NCBI GenBank assembly: GCA_041671505.1
Contig: JBAZBK010000010.1
Location: 46,838-110,837, forward strand
Reading direction: 5' to 3'
DNA from: Thermoanaerobaculia bacterium
GTDB taxonomy: Bacteria > Acidobacteriota > Thermoanaerobaculia > Gp7-AA8
DNA length: 64,000 nt
In this document: in pieces, positions 9,370-20,654 of the stretch
Layout of the letters: each line of letters opens with the position of its first letter
How positions within the stretch are numbered: the stretch's first letter is position 1
Program-made: the position numbers and the translations under genes
The notes under the pieces: generated by a model
What the model was told of the DNA's origin: nothing
Database searches by the model: none
Seen by the model: only the letters and a program-made list of their open reading frames with translations

Positions 9370-9450
9370 TGGAGGAAGGGAGAAAAGAACAAGGAGAAAG
9401 AAACCAGTCGCCGTGGCTCCCTGTTTCTTCTCTCCTGTGTCTTCGTCGCT
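9370..9450. terminator. Purine/pyrimidine-rich imperfect hairpin between convergent rarA and thioesterase (candidate bidirectional terminator)
   Basis: aaggagaaagaaaccag...ctccctgtttcttctctcc is an imperfect inverted repeat. Confidence 0.3.
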
Positions 9451-9508
9451 TTCTGCTGCCGGCCCAGCCGCGCGACTCCGCCTGCTATGGCCTCTGGCCG
9501 CTGGCCCG

Positions 9509-9901
9509 CTACTGGCGCCGCGGGATCGGGAGCGGCCTGCGGTCGGTACCGACGTTCACATAGACGACCTGCGCCTCGGTGACGGTGGTCTCCGGCCCGT
9601 CCATGCTCGGGCGATGCGCCTTGACGACGACCTTCACTGTGATCGAGGTCGTCCCGATTCGCATCGTCTCCGCCCAGAAGCTGACGAGGTCGCCGACCTG
9701 AACCGGTTCATGGAAGACGACCTTGTCCATCGTGACGGTCACCATGAGGACGCAGCCCTGGCGACGTGCCTCGATCGCTCCCGCCTGATCGATGTAGGAA
9801 AGGATGACGCCGCCGAAGATCGTGCCGTGCGCGTTGGTGTCGCGCGGCATCATCAGCACGCGGATCGCCGGCTCGTTCCACGGCGGCAGGATCTCGCTCA
9901 T
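9509..9901 (-). CDS. Acyl-CoA thioesterase (hotdog fold, YciA-like)
   Basis: MSEILPPW...RVLMMPRDTNAHGTIFGGVILSYIDQAGAIEA is the YciA/4HBT signature. Start at the internal ATG 9901. Confidence 0.7.
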   Translation of the reverse strand: MSEILPPWNEPAIRVLMMPRDTNAHGTIFGGVILSYIDQAGAIEARRQGCVLMVTVTMDKVVFHEPVQVGDLVSFWAETMRIGTTSITVKVVVKAHRPSMDGPETTVTEAQVVYVNVGTDRRPLPIPRRQ

Positions 9902-9977
9902 CGCCTCTCCTCCTGAAACGGCGCGGGGCGCACGTCGCCGCGCGCCCCGCAACCCGACTCGCTGATTCTCAGCCCGT

Positions 9978-11930
9978 TCAGACGCCCGCGCGGGTCGTGC
10001 CGAGGAGCTGCTCGTTGGTGACGATCTTCGCCGACTTGCGCAGCTTCTCGAGCAGCGAGGTCTGCATGCGGCGAGCCTCGCTGCTGCGGAGGCTCTGCAT
10101 GAACCTCTCCTTCTCGGTCTGCCAGACGGCGGGATCGAACTGCTTCTTCTCGACGATGCGGGCGATCACCGCCCCCTGCTCGACGGCGACGGGGCCGACG
10201 GTCTGTCCCGACGCGCCGGCAAAGACCGCGTCGACGAGCGGAGCGACGTCGCCTGCAAGCTTCTGCACGGCACCGCCGCGGGTCACGTTCGATTCCTCGA
10301 CGGTGAGGCCGAGCTTCTTGGCGACCGCTTCGAGCGGCTCGTTGCCGGCCGCCGTCCGGAGCTCCGCCGCCGCGTTGGCGGCAGCTTTCGCCTTGCGCGC
10401 CTCGGCCTCGACTCGATCCTTCACGTCGGCGAGCTCGGAGATCCCGGCCGGCCGGCTCGAATCGAACCACGCCACGATCGGACCGCGATCGGTGTCGATG
10501 ATCTCGCTGATCTCGCCCGGCTTCGCGGCGAAGGCCCAGTCCGCCAGGCCGGCGACGCGGCCGAGGCCGAAGATCGATCCGCTCTTCTCGAACCACTGCG
10601 TGTCGTTGATCGCGACGTTAGGGCTGGCCTCGGCGATGGCGCGGAGGGCCGCCTCGTCCTTCGGCTTGTCCTTGTCCATCTTCGTGCGCGCGAGCGCGAT
10701 GGCGTCGCGCGCCATCGTCCGCGAGCGCTCGTCGGTATAGCGGCCGACGAGCTCGCCTTTCACTTCCTCGAACGGACGGTATCCCTCGGCGCGCTTCTCG
10801 CTGACGCGAAGGATGTGGTAGCCGAACTGCGTCTTCACCGGGTCGCTGATCTCGCCGATCTTGAGCGAGAACGCGGCGTTCTCGAATTCCGGCACCATGC
10901 GGCCGCGCTCGAAGAAGCCGACGTCGCCGCCGCGCGTCTTCGAGCCGGGGTCCTCGGAGTTCTCCGCGGCGAGCTTGGCGAAATCGGCGCCGGCGCGCAG
11001 CTGGGCGACGAGGGACGCGGCCTTCGCCTTCGCGGCGGCATCGACCGCCGGGGCTGCGTTAGGCGCGACGGGAATCAGGATGTGAGCCGCGCGAACCGAC
11101 TCACGGCTCTTGAAGCTCTCCTTGTTGAGGTCGTAGTACGCCTTCAGGTCGGCGTCGCCGGGAGTGACCTTGGCCCGCAGCTGGGCGAGGTCGGCGATCA
11201 GGTAGCGGACGCGGCGCTGCTCGCCGTGCGCGTACTTGTTCACGTTCGCCTTGTACTGGGCCTCGATCTCCGCCGGGGTGACCTGCAAGTTCACGGCGGC
11301 ACGCTCGCTCGGGAAGAGGACGTACTGGATCTTCGCCGTCTCGCTGCGCTGGCGGTACTCCGCCTCCGCCGCGGCGGGCGAGAGCGCGACAGAGCTCATC
11401 AGCGCACTCTGCATCTTGCGGAGCGTGAGGTCGCGCTTGAGCTCGCGCTCGAAGTCGCTCACCGACGCGTAGCCCTGGCCGAGGATGTAGGTCTTGTAGA
11501 GGTCCGCGCCGACGAACTTGCCGTCGGGGCTCAGCACCGGGATCTCGAGGATCGCCTTGCGGACTTCTTCGTCGGTCGCCTCGAGGTTCAGCCGCTGCGC
11601 CTCCTCCTGGAGGAGCGCCTGATCGACGAGCTGCGCGATCACCTGCTTCTCGAGACCCATCGTCTCGCGCATCTGCGGCGTGATCTTCTGCCCGTACATC
11701 TGCTCGAAGCGCTGCTCCGAGTAGAAGAGTGCGCGACGGTATTCATCGAACGAGATCGTAGCGCCGTTCACGCGAGCCGCGGCGGCGCCGAGATCGTTCT
11801 TGCCGGAACCGCCGGTTCGTCCCGCGCCGCCCCAGTCGACGAAGATCAGAAGAATGAAGAGGGCGACGATAAATACGAGAATCCATTTCAGATGCTGGAA
11901 GCTGTCGCGCATCACCTTAAGCATGGGCAA
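9978..11930 (-). CDS. ppiD: Periplasmic chaperone PpiD (SurA-N domain + parvulin PPIase)
   Basis: N-terminal TM anchor ([15 protein letters not shown]), a SurA_N-like region, and a parvulin domain (...[14 protein letters not shown]...). 650 aa. Confidence 0.75.
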   Translation of the reverse strand: MPMLKVMRDSFQHLKWILVFIVALFILLIFVDWGGAGRTGGSGKNDLGAAAARVNGATISFDEYRRALFYSEQRFEQMYGQKITPQMRETMGLEKQVIAQLVDQALLQEEAQRLNLEATDEEVRKAILEIPVLSPDGKFVGADLYKTYILGQGYASVSDFERELKRDLTLRKMQSALMSSVALSPAAAEAEYRQRSETAKIQYVLFPSERAAVNLQVTPAEIEAQYKANVNKYAHGEQRRVRYLIADLAQLRAKVTPGDADLKAYYDLNKESFKSRESVRAAHILIPVAPNAAPAVDAAAKAKAASLVAQLRAGADFAKLAAENSEDPGSKTRGGDVGFFERGRMVPEFENAAFSLKIGEISDPVKTQFGYHILRVSEKRAEGYRPFEEVKGELVGRYTDERSRTMARDAIALARTKMDKDKPKDEAALRAIAEASPNVAINDTQWFEKSGSIFGLGRVAGLADWAFAAKPGEISEIIDTDRGPIVAWFDSSRPAGISELADVKDRVEAEARKAKAAANAAAELRTAAGNEPLEAVAKKLGLTVEESNVTRGGAVQKLAGDVAPLVDAVFAGASGQTVGPVAVEQGAVIARIVEKKQFDPAVWQTEKERFMQSLRSSEARRMQTSLLEKLRKSAKIVTNEQLLGTTRAGV

Positions 11931-12179
11931 GACACCTCATTGAGTCCGGAGTTTGGGGACGTAGCGGAACGACAGCGGCGCGCCTCGTCGGCGCATGCCG
12001 ATCCGGCGCGGCCCGGAATGACGCCGACCGCACCCTCCCGCGGAAAGCGCTGAAGTGTAACCATTTCCCCGGCACCCTGCAATCCCGCAGCCGCAATTCC
12101 TGTCCGCGGCCACGTATGCTATAAGGACGATTCGGCCGAGCCACCCCGCTTCGGGTAAGATTCGGTACGTCAACGGATT

Positions 12180-13622
12180 ATGAGCGCGCGAAAAAGGGCC
12201 CAATCGGGCGCCGATATCGATTGGTATCTCATCTCGATCGACCGGCTGAAACAGCTGATCGCTCTGATTGTCGTCGTGCTCCTCGCCGTGGCCGGTTTCC
12301 TCTACTACCGGAGCCTGCAAACACCGAACCAGAAGGCGCAGAACGCGATCGAGGCTGCGGACGCCTCGCTCAACGAGCTCGCCACGCGCAAGGATTTCTC
12401 CAAGTTCAGAAACGACTTCGACCGCGCAAAGGCGAGGGTCGACCAGGCGAAGAAGCTGCTCGCGAAGGGGAATCCGGAAGAAGCGGAAGCCGCCGCGATC
12501 GAAGCCCAGGCGATCACCCGCACCGCGCTGGCCGGAATCGGCGAGCGTGAGTCCGACGCGCAGTTCCTCACCGTCGAGGGTCAGGTCGAGTTCCAGAAAG
12601 GCGGATCGGGCGACTGGAAGAAAGCCGACCGCAACACGCCCCTCTTCAATGGGGACTGGGTCAAGACCGGCTCGGGAGCGTCGGCGGAGCTCTTCTTCTC
12701 CAACGGCTCGATCTACACGGTCGGCGCGAACGCCCTGCTCGAGGTCTACGCCGCGGTCAACCCGACGACGAACAGGAAGGACAACGCGGTCCAGATGCGC
12801 GTTGGTCGCCTCGAGATCAACACGACCGACGAAGTCGGCACAGTCCGGACCCCCGGCACGCAGGTCATCGTCGACGCGGAATCGACCGCGCAGGTCGACG
12901 TCAACGCCCAGGAGAAGCAGACCCGCGTCGTGGCTCTCAAGGGTGCCACGGCGGTCAGCTCCGCCAAGGGCGGCACGGGAGTTTCTCTCGCCAAGGGCGA
13001 ACAGCTCTCCGCGACGGATCAGGGCGAGCTCGGAGCCAAGAGCAACTACCTGCTGCCTCCCGCCCTGCTGATCCCGAACGACAACCAGGTCTTCCAGGGT
13101 TCGCCGAGCATGACGGTGGAATTCAACTGGGCTCCGAGGCCCGAGTCGCGCGGATATCAGCTCCAGGTCTCGCGCTCGCGCCTATTCTCCGCGCTCGAGA
13201 TCGACGCGAAGCGGGTCGACACGCGGGCCAGAGTCAAGGTGACGTCGGAGGGAAGCTTCTACTGGCGCGTCGCATCGATCGACGAAGCGGGCAAGCCGGG
13301 CCCGCCGTCGCAGTTCCGGCGCTTCCGCGTGACCGGATTCGGAACGAACGCAACGCCGACGGGATCGGGTGACACGACGCCGCCGACGCTCACGATCGAA
13401 AAACCGCAGTCGCTCGGCGGCCCGCTCTACCTGATCAAAGGGAAGGCCGAGGCAGGTGCGACCGTTTTCGTCGACGACCTGGAGATCAGCGTCGATTCCG
13501 ACGGCTCGTTCCAGAAGCTCGTCAGTTTTACGAAGGTCGGGCTCAACACCGTGGTCGTGCGCGCCGTCGATCCGGCGGCAAACCAGTCGTTGCAGCGTGT
13601 GAACATATACGTCGAAGAGTAG
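12180..13622 (+). CDS. FecR-domain membrane-anchored protein (unknown function)
   Basis: Single TM helix (LIALIVVVLLAVAGFLYY) and a FecR-like beta region (GDWVKTGSGASAELFFSNGSIYTVGANALLEV). Ig-like C-terminus. Confidence 0.55.
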   Translation: MSARKRAQSGADIDWYLISIDRLKQLIALIVVVLLAVAGFLYYRSLQTPNQKAQNAIEAADASLNELATRKDFSKFRNDFDRAKARVDQAKKLLAKGNPEEAEAAAIEAQAITRTALAGIGERESDAQFLTVEGQVEFQKGGSGDWKKADRNTPLFNGDWVKTGSGASAELFFSNGSIYTVGANALLEVYAAVNPTTNRKDNAVQMRVGRLEINTTDEVGTVRTPGTQVIVDAESTAQVDVNAQEKQTRVVALKGATAVSSAKGGTGVSLAKGEQLSATDQGELGAKSNYLLPPALLIPNDNQVFQGSPSMTVEFNWAPRPESRGYQLQVSRSRLFSALEIDAKRVDTRARVKVTSEGSFYWRVASIDEAGKPGPPSQFRRFRVTGFGTNATPTGSGDTTPPTLTIEKPQSLGGPLYLIKGKAEAGATVFVDDLEISVDSDGSFQKLVSFTKVGLNTVVVRAVDPAANQSLQRVNIYVEE

Positions 13623-13717
13623 CCCCGGACGGACCGTGTGGTGCGGCGCCGTCCGGACTTTCCGCCACAAATTCTGAATGCGTGGGGCAGCGGCCAGCGC
13701 CGCGTACTCCGCTGTAA

Positions 13718-14839
<1,122 letters not shown>

Positions 14840-14861
14840 CTCCTCGCGCCGCGAACGATAA

Positions 14862-15713
14862 ATGCAGACTGCCGCCGAACGCCGGCCGACCCTCTTCCTG
14901 ATCGTCGTGCTGGCCTCGCTCTTCCTCCTGATGAGCACCAACGCACGGACCAGGAGGATCGAGGATCAGCGCACCTTCCTCGTCCGCGGAGTCGTGCGGC
15001 TCTTCGCTCCGGTCCTCGAGGCGGTCGACTGGGCCTACTCTCGTGTCTCGGACACCTGGAACGGCTACGTCGACATGCGCACCGCCGTGCGTGAGAACGT
15101 CGAGCTCCGCCGGCGGATCGCGGGACTCACCACCGAGAACGTCGGGCTTCGCAACCGGAACGTCGAGATCTCGCGCCTCCGGGCAATCCTCGGCTACTCG
15201 GAGGAGGTCGACCTTCCCGCAACGCTCGCGCGCGTCGTCATGATCGACACCGGCGGCCGGTTCAAGTCGCTCATTCTCGACCGTGGCTCCGACGAGGGGA
15301 TTCGCGTCAACGACCCGGTGCTCTCCGCCGAAGGGCTCGTGGGGCGCGTCGTGCTGACCACGCCGAGCGTCTCGAAGGTGCAGCTCATCATCGACGGCGA
15401 TTCGTCGGTCGGCGTCCACTTCGAGAGGACTCACCGCCAGGGCGTCGTGCGCGGCACCGGAAGCGACGAGCTCGCGATGGCCTTCGTTCCGTTCACTGCC
15501 GACGTCGTGGCGGGCGATCGCGTTTTCACGGCCGGAATCGACGGGACGTATCCGCGCGGGATTCTCGTCGGGAAAGTCACCTCCGTGGAAAAAGGGAAAG
15601 ACCTCTTCAAGACGGTGCGCTGCGCGCCCGCGACCGATTTCTCGAGCCTCGAGGACCTGATCGTGCTCAGCCCGAGACCGATCGACCCGGCGGCGACGGA
15701 GTTCAGGCCGTGA
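14862..15713 (+). CDS. mreC: Rod shape-determining protein MreC
   Basis: N-terminal TM, coiled coil, and C-terminal beta domain (GLVGRVVLTTPSVSKVQLIID). Follows mreB. Confidence 0.8.
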   Translation: MQTAAERRPTLFLIVVLASLFLLMSTNARTRRIEDQRTFLVRGVVRLFAPVLEAVDWAYSRVSDTWNGYVDMRTAVRENVELRRRIAGLTTENVGLRNRNVEISRLRAILGYSEEVDLPATLARVVMIDTGGRFKSLILDRGSDEGIRVNDPVLSAEGLVGRVVLTTPSVSKVQLIIDGDSSVGVHFERTHRQGVVRGTGSDELAMAFVPFTADVVAGDRVFTAGIDGTYPRGILVGKVTSVEKGKDLFKTVRCAPATDFSSLEDLIVLSPRPIDPAATEFRP

Positions 15714-16219
15714 CGATGCTCCGGTTCGCAGCAGGCCTGATCATCGCGGTCGCGGTCCATGCGATGCTCAACAAGGTCGCGCCGGGCTCGCTCGTCTACT
15801 TCAACCCGTACGTCATCCTCGTGACGTACCAGGCGATGCGCAGCGGCAGCCTCGCGCGCGTGATCGCGCTCGGAGCGCTCGCAGGGCTGGTCCAGGATTC
15901 GCTCTCGATCTCCCTGGCCGGCGCAAACGCCTTCGCGCTCACGATCTGCGGCTATGCCGTCGCGTACGTCAACGCGAAGCTCGTGCTGCAGGGGACCGCG
16001 GCGTTCGGCGCCTGCCTCGCCGCCTCGACGTTTGCCGCGGAGCTGATCGTCTGGACGCTGACGAGCGTCCTCGTCGAAACACCGATCCCGTTCGCGATCG
16101 ACACATGGCTGGCGCGCACGCTCGTGACCACGCTCTTCGGACTCCTCCTGCTCCAGTCATTGCGGCTGGTGCTCGGCTCCGACGTCGTGACGCCCGGGCA
16201 GCGACGCAAGAGCTGGTAG
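15710..16219 (+). CDS. mreD: Rod shape-determining protein MreD
   Basis: Small polytopic membrane protein overlapping the mreC stop by 4 nt. Canonical position in the operon. Confidence 0.7.
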   Translation: MTMLRFAAGLIIAVAVHAMLNKVAPGSLVYFNPYVILVTYQAMRSGSLARVIALGALAGLVQDSLSISLAGANAFALTICGYAVAYVNAKLVLQGTAAFGACLAASTFAAELIVWTLTSVLVETPIPFAIDTWLARTLVTTLFGLLLLQSLRLVLGSDVVTPGQRRKSW

Positions 16220-16267
16220 GAACGGAGACGTCCGCTCACGCGTTCAAGAAGGTAGCCCGATCGAGAA

Positions 16268-18202
16268 ATGAAGGTATATCGCGAAGACGAGAAGACGCTG
16301 CAAGGGCGGATCGACGTGCTCTTCTGGGCCGTCGTCGCCGCATTCATCGTCCTCGCCTCGTCATTCTGGTACGTCCAGGTCGTCCAGGCAGAGAAGTACC
16401 GCGACCTCTCCGACGCCAACGCCCTGCGCGACGTGACGGTGCGCGCCCAGCGCGGCCTGATTCTCGACCGGAAGGGGCGGGTGCTCGCGGAGAACCAGCC
16501 CTCGCACACGCTCGTGCTGATGCGCAACGAGCTCTCGCAATCGACGCGCCGCGACGAAACCCACCTTCCCCGCCTCGTCCGCTTCGTCTCCACCGTGCTC
16601 GGGCTGAACGAGGCGGAGGTCACGCGCCGCATCGAGAAGGGACGCGCCACGCCGGTCAACCTTCCCCTGACCATCGCGGAGGACCTGTCGATCCCCCAGG
16701 TCGCATCGATCGAGGCGGGCAAGCTCACCTTCCCCGCACTGTCGGTCGAGAGCACGGCGAGCCGCAATTATCCGAACGCAACGATCGCCGCACACGTTCT
16801 CGGGTACATGGGCGAAGCGAGCGCCGAGGAGCTGAAACGGCGGCCCGAGCTGCGGATGGGCGATCTCGTCGGACGGCGCGGCGTCGAGCTCGTCTATGAC
16901 ACGGAGCTGCGCGGCAAGGACGGCGCGAAGTTCATCGTCGTCGACAGCCACGGCCGGGTCAAAGAGGAGTACGACAAGCTCAGCCGCGAGCCGCAGCGCG
17001 GACAGAACATCTACCTGACCATCGACCTCGACCTCCAGCGCAAGGCGGAACAGTACTTCATGGAGAACGAGATGGTCGGATCGTGCGTCGTGCTCGACCC
17101 GCGCAACGGCGAAGTGCTCGCGCTCGTTTCGAGCCCCGCGTACGACCCTAACATCTACTCGAAGCGCTTCACGAGCACAGTCTGGAAGACGATCCTCTCG
17201 AACCCATTCAGGATCGAGGTCAATCGCGCGATCCAGGGGCTCTACTCTCCCGGCTCGGTGTTCAAGATCGTCATGGGGATGGCGGGGCTCGAGCTCGGAG
17301 TCATCGATGAATCGACGCAGTTCCACTGCGCGGGGAGCGAATCGTTCTACGGGCGCAGGTTCCGATGCTGGAACAAGAACGGCCACGGCTCGGTCAATCT
17401 CGAAGAAGCGATCAAGGTCTCCTGCGACGTCTTCTTCTACAACCTCGGCGCCAAGCTCGGCGTGAACCGCATCGCCGACTACTCGCACCTGCTCACCTTC
17501 GGCGAGCAGACGACGATCGACCTCGAAGGAGAGAAGCCGGGCCTCGTTCCCTCGGAGTCGTGGGCGCGGGACAAACAGAAGCGCAAGTGGTATCCGAGCG
17601 AGACGATCTCCGTCGCGATCGGCCAGGGCCCGCTCCTCGTCACCCCGCTTCAGGTGGCCAACATGATGGCCGCGATCGCCAACGGCGGCTCGGTGTACCA
17701 GCCGCACGTGCTCCACCAGCGCCAGGTGAACGATGCCGCGGGCAAGCCCCAGACCCTGACCGTCGCGCCGCGGCTGCTGCACAAGATCCATCTCGACCCG
17801 CAGGCGCTCTCCGCCGTGCGCACCGGCCTCTGGAGAGTCGTGAACGAGGCGGGAGGCACCGGCGCGAAAGCGCGCGTGGAAGGGATCGACGTGGCGGGCA
17901 AGACGGGAACGGTGCAGGTGGTCGCGCAGGAAGGATGGGTTCGGGCCGACGATCTCCCGTTCAAGTTCCGCGACCACGCATGGTTCGCATCGTATGCGCC
18001 GAAGGAGAACGCCGAGCTCGTCGTCGTGATCTTCGTCGAACATGGCGGTCACGGCGGCTCTGATGCAGCGCCGCTCGCACGCATCCTTTACGAAACTGTG
18101 TTTGCCGACAGGCTGCACGGCGGCGGCGGGCGCATCACCTCGCCACAAGCGAGAGCCACTGCGCCGCAGCCGGTCGGCCCCCCGCCGGGAACTGCGCGAT
18201 GA
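16268..18202 (+). CDS. mrdA: Penicillin-binding protein 2 (peptidoglycan D,D-transpeptidase MrdA)
   Basis: N-terminal TM, PBP dimerisation domain, and transpeptidase motifs (S-x-x-K context, SxN, KTG in ...VAGKTGT...). Confidence 0.85.
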   Translation: MKVYREDEKTLQGRIDVLFWAVVAAFIVLASSFWYVQVVQAEKYRDLSDANALRDVTVRAQRGLILDRKGRVLAENQPSHTLVLMRNELSQSTRRDETHLPRLVRFVSTVLGLNEAEVTRRIEKGRATPVNLPLTIAEDLSIPQVASIEAGKLTFPALSVESTASRNYPNATIAAHVLGYMGEASAEELKRRPELRMGDLVGRRGVELVYDTELRGKDGAKFIVVDSHGRVKEEYDKLSREPQRGQNIYLTIDLDLQRKAEQYFMENEMVGSCVVLDPRNGEVLALVSSPAYDPNIYSKRFTSTVWKTILSNPFRIEVNRAIQGLYSPGSVFKIVMGMAGLELGVIDESTQFHCAGSESFYGRRFRCWNKNGHGSVNLEEAIKVSCDVFFYNLGAKLGVNRIADYSHLLTFGEQTTIDLEGEKPGLVPSESWARDKQKRKWYPSETISVAIGQGPLLVTPLQVANMMAAIANGGSVYQPHVLHQRQVNDAAGKPQTLTVAPRLLHKIHLDPQALSAVRTGLWRVVNEAGGTGAKARVEGIDVAGKTGTVQVVAQEGWVRADDLPFKFRDHAWFASYAPKENAELVVVIFVEHGGHGGSDAAPLARILYETVFADRLHGGGGRITSPQARATAPQPVGPPPGTAR

Positions 18203-19344
18203 GCGAGCTTCGCGACACGTCATTCCAGACGGGGCCATTCTCGCGGCTCGTCAGCTCGCGCACACTCTCGCGGCTCGATCTCAACCTGCTCGGAACGGCG
18301 ATCCTCATCGCTGCCATCGGCAGCGTGCTCGTCTTCAGCGCGACCGCCGAAGGAAAGGATGCGCAGCTCTTCGGGAAGCAGCTCGTCTGGATCGCCGTCG
18401 GCATCGTCGCGATGCTGATCTTCACCTTCATCGACTACCGGTTGCTTCTCGACATCGCCCTGCCGCTCTGGATCGTCGGCATCCTGCTGCTTGGGTGGCT
18501 CCTCGTCTGGGGACAGGAAACGGCGAAGGTGAAGTCGTGGATTCACCTTGGCGCATTCCAGTTCCAACCCTCGGAGTTCGTGAAGATCTTCACCGTGTTA
18601 CTCGTGGCAAAACACTTCGACAGTCACAGCGAGCCGTATCTCACCTTGCGCTCGATGCTGACGCTCGGCGGCATCGTCGGGCTCCCCGTCGTGATGATCG
18701 TGGTCCAGCCCGACTTCGGCACCGCGGCCACCTTCGTGCCGGTCGCCTTCGCGGCCGTCTTCCTCGGCGGCATCAGGCCGCGCTTCTGGATCATCGGCAC
18801 TGTCATCGCGCTGCTCGCGGCACCGGTCATCTGGTTCGGCTTTCTCCAGCCTTACCAGAAGGAGCGGGTCATGATCTTTGTCGATCCGCAGCGCGACCCT
18901 CACGGATCGGGCTACCAGGTCATGCAGTCGAAGATCGCCATCGGTTCGGGGGGGATCACCGGCAAGGGGTTCCGCGAGGGAACGCAGGCGAAGCTGGAAT
19001 ACCTCCCCGCGCGACACACCGACTTCATTTTCGCCGTGCTCGGCGAAGAGTGGGGCTTCGTCGGCGTGCTCGTGATGCTCACGCTCTATCTCTTCTTCAT
19101 CACGAGCGCGCTGCGCATCGCGAAGTCGGCGCGCGACCGCGCGGGAACCTTTCTCGCCGTCTGTCTGACTTCGTTCTTCATCTTCCACATCCTGATCAAC
19201 GTCGGGATGCAGATTGGCCTGCTGCCGACGACCGGCATTCCGCTCCCGCTCGTCTCGTACGGCGGCTCGTCGATGCTGATGTTCTTCATCGCAACCGGGC
19301 TGATCCTCAACGTCGACTACAGAAAGTTCGTCAACGTCGGGTGA
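18199..19344 (+). CDS. mrdB: Peptidoglycan glycosyltransferase RodA (SEDS family)
   Basis: FtsW/RodA/SpoVE 10-TM protein. Overlaps the mrdA stop. Confidence 0.85.
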   Translation: MSELRDTSFQTGPFSRLVSSRTLSRLDLNLLGTAILIAAIGSVLVFSATAEGKDAQLFGKQLVWIAVGIVAMLIFTFIDYRLLLDIALPLWIVGILLLGWLLVWGQETAKVKSWIHLGAFQFQPSEFVKIFTVLLVAKHFDSHSEPYLTLRSMLTLGGIVGLPVVMIVVQPDFGTAATFVPVAFAAVFLGGIRPRFWIIGTVIALLAAPVIWFGFLQPYQKERVMIFVDPQRDPHGSGYQVMQSKIAIGSGGITGKGFREGTQAKLEYLPARHTDFIFAVLGEEWGFVGVLVMLTLYLFFITSALRIAKSARDRAGTFLAVCLTSFFIFHILINVGMQIGLLPTTGIPLPLVSYGGSSMLMFFIATGLILNVDYRKFVNVG

Positions 19345-19383
19345 GCCGGGCGCGTGGGCACTTCAGAAGGGCCAGCACCAGCT

Positions 19384-19545
19384 CTCATTCCGATCCCGCG
19401 AAGCGGGACGCAGCCGCGAGGAGGAATCTGCTGACAGATCACCTGACCGATTCCGCTCCGAAGCTCTACCCTCCGAGCGGAACCCGCCAGATGTGCTTTT
19501 GCAGATTCCTCGCTCTCCCGCTTCGCGGGATCGCTTCGGAATGAC
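19384..19545. mobile_element. MITE-like palindromic element, copy M1 (GTCATYCCGA-type termini)
   Basis: Termini are cattccgatcccgcgaagcggga ... tcccgcttcgcgggatcgcttcggaatgac (about 30-bp imperfect TIR). Internal motifs gaatctgct, ctgaccgattcc and gcagattcctcgc are shared with the copies at 33000, 40981 and 49055. Lies between convergent rodA and ihf. Confidence 0.5.
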
Positions 19546-19611
19546 ATCTGCCCACAACGCCAACGGGCGCACCGAAGTGCGCCCGTCGTCGATCGCGTTT
19601 GATGAGGTGGA

Positions 19612-19890
19612 CTACTCGTCGAGCAGGTTCCGGAGCTCCTTGCCCGGCTTGAAGCGGATCGTGTTTCCCGGCGGGATGCGCACTTCGACTCCCGTCTTCG
19701 GGTTGCGACCGATTCCTTTTTTCCGCTGCTTGACCTGAAACACGCCGAAGCCGCGAAGCTCGATCCGCTGTCCGCGCGCCAGTGCGTTTCGGAGCCCGTC
19801 GATCACCGTATCGACGGCGTGCGCGGCCTTGAAACGCGACACCTCGGGGAGCGTGTCGGCTACTCTGTTGACGATGTCAGCCTTGATCAT
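19612..19890 (-). CDS. HU/IHF-family DNA-binding protein (IHF-beta-like)
   Basis: ...GFGVFQVKQRKKGIGRNPKTGVEVRIPPGNTIRFKPGKEL is the HU/IHF arm signature. 92 aa. Confidence 0.8.
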   Translation of the reverse strand: MIKADIVNRVADTLPEVSRFKAAHAVDTVIDGLRNALARGQRIELRGFGVFQVKQRKKGIGRNPKTGVEVRIPPGNTIRFKPGKELRNLLDE

Positions 19891-19978
19891 TCGACCTCCA
19901 GGGACGACCGATTATAGAATCGCCCGACGGAATGCGTCAACGTTAACTGCTTGATAAAATTGAATTTGACCGGCAACT

Positions 19979-20341
19979 ATGGAACAGCCTCGCATCGATC
20001 TCTGGCTTAAGCACGTCTGCCTCGTCAAACACCGGGCGGAGGCGACGGAGGCGTGCCGCGGCGGCCTCGTCAAAGTCAACGGCCAGCGCGCGAAACCAGC
20101 CTCCGTCGTGCGGCTCGACGACGTCGTGGAGCTGACCGAGCCGCACTACCGGAAGGTCGTCGTCCTCGCCATCCCGTCGAAGCAGGCCTCGAAGGAAGAA
20201 TCGCGCTCGATGTTCCGTGACGAGACACCTGCGCCGGAACCCGCTGCGACGCGCCGCCTTGGGATCGAGCGCGACGACGGCGCGGGCCGCCCGACCAAGC
20301 GCGAGCGTCGCGAGATCGAAAAATGGCGCGGACGCGAATGA
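19979..20341 (+). CDS. S4-domain RNA-binding protein (Hsp15/HslR-like ribosome-associated heat-shock protein)
   Basis: RIDLWLKHVCLVKHRAEATEACRGGLVKVNGQRAKPASVV is S4/Hsp15-like. Confidence 0.7.
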   Translation: MEQPRIDLWLKHVCLVKHRAEATEACRGGLVKVNGQRAKPASVVRLDDVVELTEPHYRKVVVLAIPSKQASKEESRSMFRDETPAPEPAATRRLGIERDDGAGRPTKRERREIEKWRGRE

Positions 20342-20373
20342 CGTCGCGCCAGACATCGCAGCCAGCGCGCGCA

Positions 20374-20643
20374 TGTAGCCAGGGCGTCCCGCCCTGGCCC
20401 CCTGATCCCACAAGCGTCGAATCACCACGCTACGGGGGCAAAGGCCGGAGGCCTTTGCTACAGGGCTGACGCGGTGCTCGATGCCGAAGCTCGAGTTTGC
20501 CTCATGTAGCCAGGGCGTCCCGCCCTGGCCCCCGTTCCCGGGCGAGGCTGGATCACCTCGCAACGGGGGCAAAGGCCGGAGGCCTTTGCTACAGGGACCG
20601 CATCATCCCGCCACGCGTGCAAAGGCCGGAGGCCTTTGCTACA
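20374..20643. repeat. REP/BIME-like cluster: five GTAGC-headed GC-rich hairpins in alternating orientation
   Basis: tgtagccagggcgtcccgccctggcc occurs at 20374-20399 and 20505-20530 (a 30-bp exact repeat). The reverse-orientation unit gcaaaggccggaggcctttgctaca occurs at 20438-20462, 20569-20593 and 20619-20643. Lies between convergent hsp15-like and pheS. Confidence 0.6.
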
Positions 20644-20654
20644 AGGCCGACCGC

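Noticed and set aside
19317-19738. Small ORFs 19317..19547, 19363..19572 and 19493..19738
   Set aside because: They are translations of MITE copy M1 between convergent rodA and ihf.
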